Positions 51,163 to 61,456 of a stretch of 64,000 nt of DNA are shown here, piece by piece. Under the pieces are notes generated by a model. The model was not told the origin of the DNA. It did not search any database and saw only the letters and a program-made list of their open reading frames with translations. Source of the stretch: Sedimentisphaerales bacterium (lineage in GTDB: Bacteria; Planctomycetota; Phycisphaerae; Sedimentisphaerales; Anaerobacaceae). The DNA lies in the NCBI GenBank assembly GCA_963708075.1, contig OY970194.1, positions 1,824,001 through 1,888,000 of the forward strand. The letters are read 5' to 3'. The translations under genes and the position numbers were made by a program. How positions within the stretch are numbered: position 1 is the stretch's first letter; every line of letters starts with the position of its first letter.

Positions 51163-54100
51163 GGGCAGCAGCGGGCTGTCCTTTGTGAAGGGACTCCACG
51201 TACTCCACGCGATGCGTTCTCCCGGCGGCAAAGTCTGATCTCCGATAAGGCGGTTCGGCCACAGGTTGGCGACAGTGATCTCCAGCGTGTTTTCGCCGGG
51301 CTTTGCCGCGTCGGTGACTTCCACCTGGAACGGCTGCCTCCAGAGGATGCCCAGATCCTGACCGTTGAGCTTCACCCGGGCACAGACAGCCACTTGGCCG
51401 AGATCGAGCGTCAGCTTCGAATTCTTCGGATCGAGTGCTGGGTCAAGTGAAAACGTCGTGCGATAGGTAGCCTGGCCGCTGAAATACTTCACACGCGGAT
51501 CCGCGTGCTCCGACCAGTCGGTGAGCTGCTCCATGACGATCTTCTCCGGAGCGCCCGACCGGGCTGGAACCGGATCTCCCAGGGCCCCTTTATCTCGGTC
51601 TCCACCGGCGCACTCACCACACCCTGCCCCGACTTCGCAGGCGCGGCGGTCTTCCCGCCGAACACCACGAACACCGAACCGGCCGGTTCCAATGACATGT
51701 GCATCACCGTGCGTCCGTTCTTCTCCCGGAATTTGCCTGCAGCGTGCATCGTGCCGGTCACGGGGTCCCAAATCTCGGGTCGTTTTCCCGCCACGCGGAA
51801 CGTGCACTGTGCCTCCACCGGCTTATCCGCCGGATTGGCCACGAAGTAGATGTCCGTTTTGCCCTCTCGGCGGTGTATGTACCGCAGGGTCGCATCCGAT
51901 TCAAAGTCCGGCGGGACGCCCAGTCGGGCGAGCACTTCGGCAACTGATTCATACGAGCCGTACAACTCCGGAAGCGGCTGCGAGTCGGCCTTGTCGATCA
52001 TGCCCCACGGACGCATGCCCAACTCACCGAGTTCCATCGCCCGCTTACCGGCCTCGACACATTCCCATGTACGGTCGGTCACGATCTTGATCTCGCGGCC
52101 GTCACCAAGGCGGACAAACAGGGCGCCGATCAAGCCGGCCGGGTTAGGCGTGTCGCCACCGTTCCGAGCCAGCACACTCACCCGGTTCGTGCCCGGCTTC
52201 AGCAGCGGTTTCAGGTCAAACGCATATGTCTGCTTGAAGTTGTCTCCCTCGCCAACAGGCTTGTCATTCACTTGTACCTCGAAGGCGTTATCCGCCGTCA
52301 TCACCAGCCAGGCGGATTCCACCGCAGTCCCCTCGTCCAGGTCAAACACGCGATGGAATAGCCGTGTGCCAACCGCGGCACTGGCGGATGGAGCGCCCTC
52401 CGGGTACCAGATCCAGCGAGCCTCGGCAGGAAGCGACGGCCGCTCGGACAGCTTGACAGCGCTCGATGTGGGCTGCTTCACCATCACCACTCGACCCCTG
52501 CCAACCTTGTGTTCTGCCGTATGTTTTCCGTCAGGAGAATCGGGACCCCACAACTCCGCCGCCAGACGCTGCACCTGCTGGTCGCATCTCGGGTAGTCGC
52601 TCAAGCCGGGAGATTTGAGCGGGCGCGGACCGATCACCGTGGCGCCGGCCTTGACCAGGTCCCGAATCTTGCGCAACAATGCAGGGGTCATGGTCTCCAT
52701 GTCCGGCAGAACCAGCACGCGATAGATCGCCCCACTGGGCAGTACTAGTTGCCCCCGCTTGACGGTTGCTCCTGCCAACAACGTCTCAGGCGCGCAGCCA
52801 TCGAAGTTGTAGCCCTTACGGTCGGGGACTGGCCCGGTTCCCGCCAGCGCGGAGGCAGGCGGCCGAAACACGTAGGGAGCGCCTTGCGGTGCGAGGTAAC
52901 AGATGTCCGCCACGGGCCGGCCCCGCCGCAGCATGGCTTGGCAACGGGCAAGGTACGTGTGCCATGCCCCCACCATGGGCCACCAGGTCTGTGTGCGCTC
53001 GTAGTGGACGCCGTAAGGCCCCATCGTCATGCCGGGCCAGCGGTCCAGCCACGGCTGGTGGGCGTAGCGATGGAACACCAGCCGATTGATGCCCATGCAG
53101 AAGGCCCAATCCGCCTGCGGCTTCATCGCCCCCGGGTGCAGTCGCCAGGCCTCCTTGTCGTCGGACGTGAACGACTCTGCCGCCACCACCGGCCGGCCGA
53201 GGGTGTGCGCGATCGAAACCGCCTCGATGCAACTGAACGCGGTATTGAAGCCGTAGCCCTGTGCCCAGAACTCACACATGGGGACATCCGCGACGCCCCC
53301 GAGGCTCAAATCGGAACATGGGTTCATGTCGTAGGGCTCGATAGACAAGCCAAAGCCGTGGCGACGCCCTAAGGCCTTGAGATGCTGAGCATGATTCTCG
53401 ACGACCAACTCCTGGGCCGTCTGGCGGATGTCCCACAGGAATCGTTCGGAGATTTCGAGGCTTTCCACAATCCGGCCGGTCATCGCAGGGAGATACGGGA
53501 GCGGATCGTACCCACGGCGACGCTGAAACTCTTCGCGGAACTTCGCAGTCCAGTTCTGAGCGCCCATCTCCCAACTGTCGATATGCAGCATTGTCCAGCC
53601 CGCCGTGCGATTGCTCGGACGCGGGCCGATTTCGCGCAGCAGCGTGCCGATGAACACATCGAAATGCGCGTCGAGTGCGGCCGGATCGAATTTGTCCGAC
53701 TCAAAGCCCAGTGCCGGCTGAGGCGCCGGTCGCGTGTTGGCTCCCGTGCTTACGCGACCAAAACGCAGAATCGTCCAGCGGCCCTCGGGCACATCCCACG
53801 TGAGCCTGCCGTCGGGCTGCAGACGATCCGTCAAGACCACAATGCGATCACGGGCAATCGCCGCCCCGGCAGGCAGCGCAGGGTATTGTGCCGGAGCGGG
53901 CAAGTACGGTTTCACGCCGGGCTGCGACGAATAGGGCGCTCGCACATACAACGCTTTGTCGTCCAGATCGGTGATACGGTGCTCGCCCTCGGGGGATGGG
54001 AACGCGAGAACGGCGACATCGCGGTAGAAGCTCGCCCAAGACGCTTCCATTTCCTTTGGCACAGGGCCGAAGAATGGCGGCCGCGGTTGCGGCTGCGGAA

Positions 54101-54617
54101 GAATGGCATCGAAATGTTGTCCCCCTGTGACACTGGTTTCGCTGGCGACGATGTGCTGCATGGACTGCTCCGGCTTGACCCACGGGCCCCCGCTGCCCGT
54201 CCAGCCCGGACCGGCGTTCAGCGTGATTTGCAGGCCCAAACGCTCAGCCTCAGTCACCGCGTGTTTGAACAGGGCCCGCCACGGCTCGCTCATGAACTTG
54301 ACCGGGCCCGGCGGAATGCCCACATCCACCTCCATCAGGATCACCCCGCCAATGCCGGCCTGTTGCATCGCTTCAAGGTCCGCCGTGATGCCCTCGCGGC
54401 TGATATTGCCGTCCATGAAAAACCAATATACCCAGGGACGCGCCGATACCGGCGGGTTGCGGAAGTTGTCCGCCGGCTCCCCCGCCCATCCGCGCAAGGA
54501 GATCGCCAGCAGCAGTACAAGAGCCCCCCTTTTCAACCACGTGCCTCCGAAACAAGAACGTTGTACGATGGTTGTCGCGAATCCATTCGCCCGGGTTGAG
54601 TTCAAACTACGACTCAT
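51094..54617 (-). CDS. Glycoside hydrolase family 106 (alpha-L-rhamnosidase-like); frameshift near 51554
   Basis: ARPWVYWFFMDGN, ITADLEAM, HIDSWEMG, DVPMCEFW, AAESFT, SGLLGPVRL. Adding one G restores PGRGAPEK. Confidence 0.9.
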
Positions 54618-54719
54618 CTCTGTCAAACCTCCCACACTCTCATCGTGTCACGGCAAACCCGCGTCGCCGGCTGCCATAAGCTCTATCAGAATCCCGTCCG
54701 CCTGTCACGGATGAATTCC

Positions 54720-55530
54720 TTTCTCCCCCGCGGGGGGGTGCGGTCGGCATTTGGTGGCGGATTCGGATTCCACCCGACACAAGAGCGCAGCCCAGTCTTC
54801 TTTCGCCCCTGCGGGGCTTTGAGATAGGATTGACTATCGTACCCACCGTTGAAACGGTGGGCTAGTGTCGATCGCCCCCGTGGGGCGGACGGGCCGACGC
54901 AAGAGGACTGGAGCGAAGTCCAAGCCCGCAGGGCGATAGAGAATAGCCTTCAGTTTGACAGGACCACGAAGCTCAGCCATGGCGCAGTCCAAGCCCGCAG
55001 GGCGATAGAGAATAGCCCAGCGATTTATCGCTGGGGAACCGGGGCCGAGGACAAAAGCCAGTCCCGTAAGGGACGAAAGAGGCGCAGTCCGCACACGGCG
55101 GCTGCACGCCGCCACCGAATTCCGACCACACCCACAGGGGCGATGCGGCCGCCATTCGGTGGCGGATTCGGGGCTCCGCGTAGGACGAGCGTCCTCGCTC
55201 GTCCTCTTTCGGCTGTGGCCTTGTACAGGATCCAGTCCGTTGCAAGGGCCCGGACTGGTCGTGCGGGGACGCACGACCTACGAAGAGGCTCGCCGATTGC
55301 CACCGTATTCCGACCACACCCCCCCGCGGGGCGTCGTTGGAATATGCCGGCGGTCCACAGAGAAATACCTGCAATTCCCCTATGAGCGGTGTCTGTGAAA
55401 ATAGTAACCGCGTGGGTCAAGGACCCACCCTACGAGCCTCGATGGGGCCTGCCCACGGGCAAACGAGCCGTTTTGAGATAGTTTCCAGACAGGGACCGGG
55501 CAAGCCCACGCTGCGGATGTCCCCATGCAA
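54720..55530. repeat. Mosaic of several REP-like palindromic families (BIME-like cluster)
   Basis: Hairpins at 54842-54861, 55016-55035 and 55182-55205; 32-bp direct repeat at 54917-54948 and 54986-55017; recurring GGTGGCGGATTCGG and TTCCGACCACACCC units. Confidence 0.75.
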
Positions 55531-55740
55531 AAAAGCGGGGCTGTAAGTCTCTTCGCCACAGGCACTTGCATGTATTGTCACTATATAACAGATATTTCTG
55601 TAACATTCTGCCCCCGGGAGCGTCTATTCTGTATGGTCTTATGCCCATTGTATGCCCGGCGCGGCCGCGTACAGCCAGACCTGCGGCCATGTTCAAATCA
55701 AAACTCAAACATCAAAAATCATAGATTCCGGAGGTTTCCC

Positions 55741-56694
55741 ATGAGTAGCCAGGCACGAGTCGCCGCCAATCGTCGTAACGCCGCCAAATCCACCGGACCC
55801 CGCACCACAGAGGGCAAGGCCGTCGTGGCCCAGAACGCCGTCAAGCATGGCCTGTGGGCCCGCCAGGCCGTGCTCAGGAACGAAGATCCGCAGGAATTCG
55901 AGCTGCACCGCACCCGGATGCTCCAGAAACTGGCTCCGGATGGGCCGGAGGAAGAGGCGATGGCCGAACGCATCGTGGCCTTGTGGTGGCGGCTCAAACG
56001 GGCCGAACGCATGCAGGATGAGGCCCTCGATTATCTGATCGAGGCGGATCGCCGCGATGGCTGGGTCAAGTGCCGCCGGGAGGACGGCGATCCATCGGCC
56101 AGGGCCGAGTTGGCCTTCGGGCGGGTGGTCGCACGCGACTTCGCCGAGACAAGGACCCTCGACCGGCTATCGATGCACGAACGGCGGATCGAGAGCAGCC
56201 TGTACCGGACGATGAAGGAGCTTCGGCATGTCCGGCGGGAGCAAGAAGGGCAGGATGGGCACGGGGCATCGAGTGCGCACAATTTGAGGAATCACGACGG
56301 GTGGCAGCGGCAAGCGCAGCCTGCGGAGCTTGACGATGCCACCCGGGAGGGGACGCGCGATTGTGTGAAACAAAGCCAATCGGGGGCAGTTTCAAGTTTG
56401 AAGTGTGAAGTGCCAAGTGGGGCTGGTGCGGCGGCCGAGGATAGACCTTCGCGCGAAACAAAGCCAATGGAGGGGGGCATTTCAAGTTTGAGGTGTCAAG
56501 TGTCAAGCAGCGATCCTGCACTTCAAACTTCACACTTGAAACTTGACGCTTTCGGCCAAGCACCTTGCGGCGTCACTACGAACGCGGGCAGCGATGCGAA
56601 ACAAAGCCAATGGCGCGGGCCTGCCGCCGGGGTCGTGCTGCGGACTCGGCCGCGGGTCGCATATCGTTACCATAACGTGGCTAGTTCGTGTTGA
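55741..56694 (+). CDS. Hypothetical protein of the NRxNAxKSTGPRTxEGK...NAxKHGL type with a repeat-derived C-terminus
   Basis: N-terminal motif, WRLKRA, ERRIESSLYR; GGAGG SD; 3' third built from DNA repeats. Confidence 0.75.
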   Translation: MSSQARVAANRRNAAKSTGPRTTEGKAVVAQNAVKHGLWARQAVLRNEDPQEFELHRTRMLQKLAPDGPEEEAMAERIVALWWRLKRAERMQDEALDYLIEADRRDGWVKCRREDGDPSARAELAFGRVVARDFAETRTLDRLSMHERRIESSLYRTMKELRHVRREQEGQDGHGASSAHNLRNHDGWQRQAQPAELDDATREGTRDCVKQSQSGAVSSLKCEVPSGAGAAAEDRPSRETKPMEGGISSLRCQVSSSDPALQTSHLKLDAFGQAPCGVTTNAGSDAKQSQWRGPAAGVVLRTRPRVAYRYHNVASSC

Positions 56695-56884
56695 CCGCCG
56701 GTAAAGACCATCAACAGGCTCGAATCCGCCACCGGCGGCCGGCCGCACCCCTGTGAGCGGTGGTATCCGTGTTCTCATTGACCGTGCCCCCTTGGTGCGA
56801 TAGGATCGGCGACCATCTCCGTTGGACATCAGTGAATGCGATCAAGATGACTGGTATGAAGGTATTCTGTGAAGGGCGAACACC

Positions 56885-58204
56885 ATGCGGGCGAAGGGGA
56901 AGATGCGTCGAATCCTGAACTCTGTAGCGGGTCTTTTCGCCATGCTCTGGCTCTCCGGCGCGGCTTCAAGTGCCCTCGCGGAGGCGCCGAAGGCGCCTAA
57001 AGCCTATGCCGACCTCTACATGCAACTCGAAGCCAAGCTGCGAAGGACGTCTGAGCGAATCGATCGGCAGTGGGACAAGAGCATAGCGCCCGTCGATTTC
57101 TCGGCTGAGATGCTGACGGCGAACTCCAATCGCGGCGTCCAGCTCCTGCAGCCTGTCGCGCTGTCCGGCGTGCGACTGGAGATGCAGCGGCTTGCGGAAC
57201 TGGGAGTCAAGGCCGTGACGCTCAGCATCAACTTCCCGGTGCTGTACGAGCCTTTTCATCAATTCAACGGCACGGACTACCAGGCGTTCCTCGATTTCTA
57301 CAAGCGCGTGGTCGAGGACGCCCGCACGCGCAAGCTGAAGGTGATCATCGAGATGGGGTCGGGCATCTTCCCCGGCGTTTATTCGCGCGGGTCCGGCCTT
57401 AACGCCAAAGGGTTCTACGCCAAGATCAAATCGAATGACGAGTACCGCGATCAGCGCACGGCTATGGCGCTCGCCATCGCCCAGGAGCTGCGCCCGGACT
57501 ACCTGTCCCTCGGCGAGGAACCCGACACAGAAGCGAAGCTGACCGGGCTGCGCGTGAACGATCCGCGGACCTGCACGCAGATCGTGGCCTACGAGGTGAA
57601 GAAACTGCGTGAAGTGGGGATTGGGACGATGAAGATCGGCGCGGGCGTGGGCACGTGGCAGCGCCAGGCCGACGACTGGGTGAGGCGCGATGCGCGGGAC
57701 ACGGGGGTGGACTACATCGCGTTGCACGTCTATCCGGTCAATTCGCTGAGCCCGTCCGGTCGGTACGACCTCCTGTGGCAACTGTTCACGCTGACGGACA
57801 TCGCCGCCGCGAGCGGCAAGCCGGTCGGCGTGGGCGAGTGCTGGCTCCACAAGACGCGGGACCGCGAGCTGCAACGGATCAACAGCGTCACCGATCCTAC
57901 ACTCTTCGAGCGTGACATCTACAGCTTTTGGGAACCGCTCGACGCCGAGTTTCTCCGCGTGATGGTGAAGGGCGCCCACTGGAAGCGATTCGCCTTCCTC
58001 TCGCCGTTCTGGACCCGGATGCTCTACGGCGGGTACGTGGATTACGACGAGGCCCAGCGGGTCACTCGCGGTCCGGAAGGTGCGGTCCGGCTGTTCGCCT
58101 TATCCAACCGCAAGGCCGCCGAAGGCTTGAAGGCCGGTACTTTCAGCCAAACCGGCCAAGTCTACCGCCGGATGATCCAAGGCGACTTCGACGAACGCCA
58201 ATAG
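56885..58204 (+). CDS. Secreted protein, probable clan GH-A TIM-barrel glycoside hydrolase
   Basis: Signal peptide; LGEEPD, DYIALHVYP and VGVGECW resemble the acid/base, His-Tyr and nucleophile segments. Confidence 0.55.
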   Translation: MRAKGKMRRILNSVAGLFAMLWLSGAASSALAEAPKAPKAYADLYMQLEAKLRRTSERIDRQWDKSIAPVDFSAEMLTANSNRGVQLLQPVALSGVRLEMQRLAELGVKAVTLSINFPVLYEPFHQFNGTDYQAFLDFYKRVVEDARTRKLKVIIEMGSGIFPGVYSRGSGLNAKGFYAKIKSNDEYRDQRTAMALAIAQELRPDYLSLGEEPDTEAKLTGLRVNDPRTCTQIVAYEVKKLREVGIGTMKIGAGVGTWQRQADDWVRRDARDTGVDYIALHVYPVNSLSPSGRYDLLWQLFTLTDIAAASGKPVGVGECWLHKTRDRELQRINSVTDPTLFERDIYSFWEPLDAEFLRVMVKGAHWKRFAFLSPFWTRMLYGGYVDYDEAQRVTRGPEGAVRLFALSNRKAAEGLKAGTFSQTGQVYRRMIQGDFDERQ

Positions 58205-58273
58205 GGTTCCCGGCATACCCTATTCACTGCGCGACGAAACGAGCAACGCGTCCCGCAGGATTCCACATGGCGA

Positions 58274-58666
58274 TCAGATATCGACGATGATCTTGAAGCC
58301 GCCGTAGCTCATGCGTTTCATGTCGAAAGGCATCGCCTTCGGGTCCATCATCTCGGCCAAGCGAGGGTCCTTCATCACCTTGGCGTTGACACGGTCACGA
58401 TGCGCTCGCGATTTGTACACGATCCACGAGAAGACCACGGTCTCACCGGGCTTGAGCTTGACCAGGCGAGGAAACGGCAGGCCCATCTCCACGTCCAGGT
58501 CGTCGCCGATGCATTCGCGGTACTCCAGGGCGCCGTGCTCCCGCCAGACCTTGCCCGCCGTCCGCGCCTGTCGGCGATAGGCATCGAGCTTGCCCTCCGG
58601 AATGACTATGACGAATCCGTCGATGTAGCGACCCGTGCCCACATCGGTTTTGTTGCTCTTTGCCAT
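58274..58666 (-). CDS. DUF1428 family protein
   Basis: YIDGFV, HGALEYREC, ETVVFSWI, MPFDMKRMSYGGF. Confidence 0.9.
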   Translation of the reverse strand: MAKSNKTDVGTGRYIDGFVIVIPEGKLDAYRRQARTAGKVWREHGALEYRECIGDDLDVEMGLPFPRLVKLKPGETVVFSWIVYKSRAHRDRVNAKVMKDPRLAEMMDPKAMPFDMKRMSYGGFKIIVDI

Positions 58667-58980
58667 GATGTTCTCTCCTTTCCCCCGGCTCAATTCTGAG
58701 ACACCGGGGTGTCCGCGTACACTGACGTGGCCCTTCATGTTTTCCTGTTGCTGATCATAGCCATTCGCCTGCATGAGGATATAGGGAAAAGGATTGCCCG
58801 GCCTGCCATGCAAAGCCACTTTGCGACCATGATTAGGAATAGGGCCGGTTTGCATGGGCGGGTATAATCCCTCCAAAAGATTTTTGTCTTTCCGCGCTCA
58901 TTTGGGGCGCGGGGGTACACATATATACGAAAGCTGACGCTGATATCAGCACACCGGTGAGAAGCAGCAAGGTTTGACAC

Positions 58981-59586
58981 ATGAGAATCGAGTCTCTGGA
59001 ACAGAGTGATGCGGTTTTGGTCGAGGCGGCCCAGCAAGGCCGGCTGGACAGCTTCGGCGCTCTTTACCAACGGTATCACAACCCCATTGTGGCCCTGGCG
59101 TACGCCCAGTTGGGCGACAAGCACTCGGCGGAAGATGCGGCACAAGAGGCTTTCGCCATCGCCTGCCGGGACCTGCGGTCGCTGCGGGACCGGGACAAGT
59201 TCGGGGCCTGGCTCGGCGGCATCTGTCGCAATGTGACAAAGCAGATGCTGCGAATCAAGACCCGAACCGCCCCCCTGCCGTGTAGCCCAGCGGCCCCCGG
59301 CTGGGTATCCGACGGGATCACCCCCGAGGGCGGGGGTGCTACAGGGTTGGGCCACGTGGAGCGGGAAGAGCAGTGGGACGCCGTGCGAAAGGCCGTATGG
59401 AAGCTGCCGGAAGCCGAGCGGGAACTGGTCGTGATGAGATACTTCAACGGGTTCTCACAAGCCAAGATCTCCCAGGTGCTGGATATGACCCCGGCGGCAG
59501 TCAACGGCCGGCTCACACGGGCAAAGCGTAGAATCGCAGAGTTGCTGGAACGTGATGGTTTCGGGAGTGAATCATGGGACGCGTAA
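58981..59586 (+). CDS. ECF RNA polymerase sigma factor (with in-frame REP insert)
   Basis: AEDAAQEAF, FGAWLGGICRN; sigma4 LPEAERELV...VNGRLTRAK. Confidence 0.92.
   Translation: MRIESLEQSDAVLVEAAQQGRLDSFGALYQRYHNPIVALAYAQLGDKHSAEDAAQEAFAIACRDLRSLRDRDKFGAWLGGICRNVTKQMLRIKTRTAPLPCSPAAPGWVSDGITPEGGGATGLGHVEREEQWDAVRKAVWKLPEAERELVVMRYFNGFSQAKISQVLDMTPAAVNGRLTRAKRRIAELLERDGFGSESWDA
59281..59343. repeat. Inverted GTAG-type REP doublet inside the ECF gene
   Basis: GTAG-CCCAGC...GCTGGG on the plus strand and GTAG-CACCCCCG-CCCT-CGGGGGTG on the minus strand; 63 bp = 21 codons. Confidence 0.75.
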
Positions 59587-60674
59587 ATGACGACAAATGG
59601 CTGGAAGAGGTATTGAACAAGGCCATCCACTCGGACGACACGCGACCCGACTTCGAGAAGTGGAAGGCGAGTCACCCCGAGGCCGTGGAGATGCTCACCT
59701 CGCGGACGCCGCAAATGCAGCGGCCGCATGTGATATGGAGAATGATCATGAACGCTACACTAGTGAAACTCGCGGCCGCCGCCGTGATTGTCATCGCAGC
59801 CATTGTCGGAATCGCCAAATTCACTCACAACCCCACGAACAATCCGGCCATTATCTCCGATGTCCTCGTGGACGCCAGTCAAAAGATCGTGGGGCCGGCG
59901 ACACACACGTTCGCCGACGGATCCGGCGTCAAGCTGGCTGAGGGCGCAAGCATCCGCGTCTTCCCCCCGGAATCACGGGCCGTACGAGGCTTCGAGCACG
60001 TCGCCGGCCGAATTGAAGTCACCGTCGCCAAGGGCAAAAGCGAGTTCGTCGTCAACAGCCGCTATGGCGACGTGAAGGCCCTCGGCACGCAGTTCACGAT
60101 GGACGTGATGGATGAGGTCGCCGCCAACACGAAAGAACGCGTGCGGTTGCTCGCCGTCAAGGTGACGGAAGGTTCCGTTGAAGTTCGCAGCCGCAAGGGG
60201 ATCACGACTCTGACCGAGAATCAGGACATCATCGTGGTGGCCAATGCCGCCCCGTACGACTTCAACAAGGATGAGAAGCTGCCGAAGGAGCTCAGGGCCC
60301 GGATTCAGTCGATGATCGACGCCCTGAAGGCCAAAGACGGCGCCGCCTGGGTCGCCAACTACAACCTGCCCTATCTGTACAAACTCGCCAAGGGCCAGGT
60401 CGCCTATGATCCGAACCTCTTCGGCGGGACCGCCGAGGATGCCCAGAACTTCCAGAAAGGACTCGGCAATGTCGCCAGTGCTGAGGAACTGGGCAAGATC
60501 GTGGCGTCGAGCCTCAACAGTGACGGCGGCGACATTTACATCACCGCGATCACGATAAGCAAGGCCGGCGACCATGCCATTGCCAAGTGCGTCAGTAAGA
60601 ACGGGAATCGCACGGTCGTCCACAGCCCCCAGTGGCACGACTTCGGCGGCGGCTGGTGGCAGATCGACGACTGA
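59574..60674 (+). CDS. Anti-sigma factor with TM helix and FecR-like domain
   Basis: Overlaps the sigma stop; TM helix; FADGSGVKL, VKALGTQF, VTEGSVEV. Confidence 0.85.
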   Translation: MGRVNDDKWLEEVLNKAIHSDDTRPDFEKWKASHPEAVEMLTSRTPQMQRPHVIWRMIMNATLVKLAAAAVIVIAAIVGIAKFTHNPTNNPAIISDVLVDASQKIVGPATHTFADGSGVKLAEGASIRVFPPESRAVRGFEHVAGRIEVTVAKGKSEFVVNSRYGDVKALGTQFTMDVMDEVAANTKERVRLLAVKVTEGSVEVRSRKGITTLTENQDIIVVANAAPYDFNKDEKLPKELRARIQSMIDALKAKDGAAWVANYNLPYLYKLAKGQVAYDPNLFGGTAEDAQNFQKGLGNVASAEELGKIVASSLNSDGGDIYITAITISKAGDHAIAKCVSKNGNRTVVHSPQWHDFGGGWWQIDD

Positions 60675-60700
60675 TCGTCGCCGTGTACAATCGAGTCTCC

Positions 60701-60731
60701 GAGCCGGGCTTCTCTCAAGCCCGGCTTTTTT
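60701..60731 (+). terminator. Intrinsic terminator
   Basis: GAGCCGGGCTT/AAGCCCGGCTT hairpin plus T-tract. Confidence 0.85.
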
Positions 60732-60838
60732 GTTGCGCCCGCTCCATGCGGGAATCGTTCCCGCCCTGGGAAAACAAAATGCAACTTTCTGAGGTCTCGT
60801 GCATTATGATAGGTGAAGACTGACTCCGGAGCAGTGCG

Positions 60839-61441
60839 ATGGCTGACGACGCGGTAGAGTGCAGCTTGGAATCCAGGACTGAGATGCTCGACGAGGACCA
60901 GACGCTGGTCTCTGCGGCCCGTCAGGACACAGAGGCGGCGGGCCGGCTCTACGACAAGTATTACGGCGAGATCCTTGGCTATATCTACCATTGCACGCTC
61001 AATCGCACAGTGACTGAGGACCTCACGTCGAACGTCTTTCTGGCAGCCTTCCGGCACCTGGATCGCTACAGATGGCAGCAGATTTCCTTCCGGCCGTGGC
61101 TGTACCGGATCGCCACGAACGAGGTGCGGATGCACTACCGCAGGCACAAGCGAATCCGGTCCGTCAGTCTTCAGCCGGAGCATGAGGCCCTCGCCGCTCC
61201 CGCGCCGCCGGATGGCGAAGGGCCGGCGGCCGAGGAAGAGTTTCGCCTGGTGCACAAGGCGCTGCTGCAACTGCGACTGAAGTATCGCACGGCGATCATC
61301 CTGCGGTACTTCGAGGACAAGACAATCGCCGAAATCGCGACGATCACCGGCAATAGAGAAGGCACGATCCGATCCCATCTGCACCGCGGGCTGGCCCAGT
61401 TACAGGAGATCCTGGTGCGTTGGGGCGTTCTGCCGGACTGA
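60839..61441 (+). CDS. ECF RNA polymerase sigma factor
   Basis: EDLTSNVF, WLYRIATN, IAEIA...TIRSHLHRG. Confidence 0.92.
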   Translation: MADDAVECSLESRTEMLDEDQTLVSAARQDTEAAGRLYDKYYGEILGYIYHCTLNRTVTEDLTSNVFLAAFRHLDRYRWQQISFRPWLYRIATNEVRMHYRRHKRIRSVSLQPEHEALAAPAPPDGEGPAAEEEFRLVHKALLQLRLKYRTAIILRYFEDKTIAEIATITGNREGTIRSHLHRGLAQLQEILVRWGVLPD

Positions 61442-61456
61442 AACAGGAACGAAACC

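Noticed and set aside
54917..55017. CRISPR-like 32-bp repeat with a 37-bp spacer
   Set aside because: Only two copies, part of a REP-like element, with no cas genes or leader.
54834..55420. ORFs of 130-180 aa in the repeat cluster
   Set aside because: They are translations of palindromic repeats with no protein-like signal.
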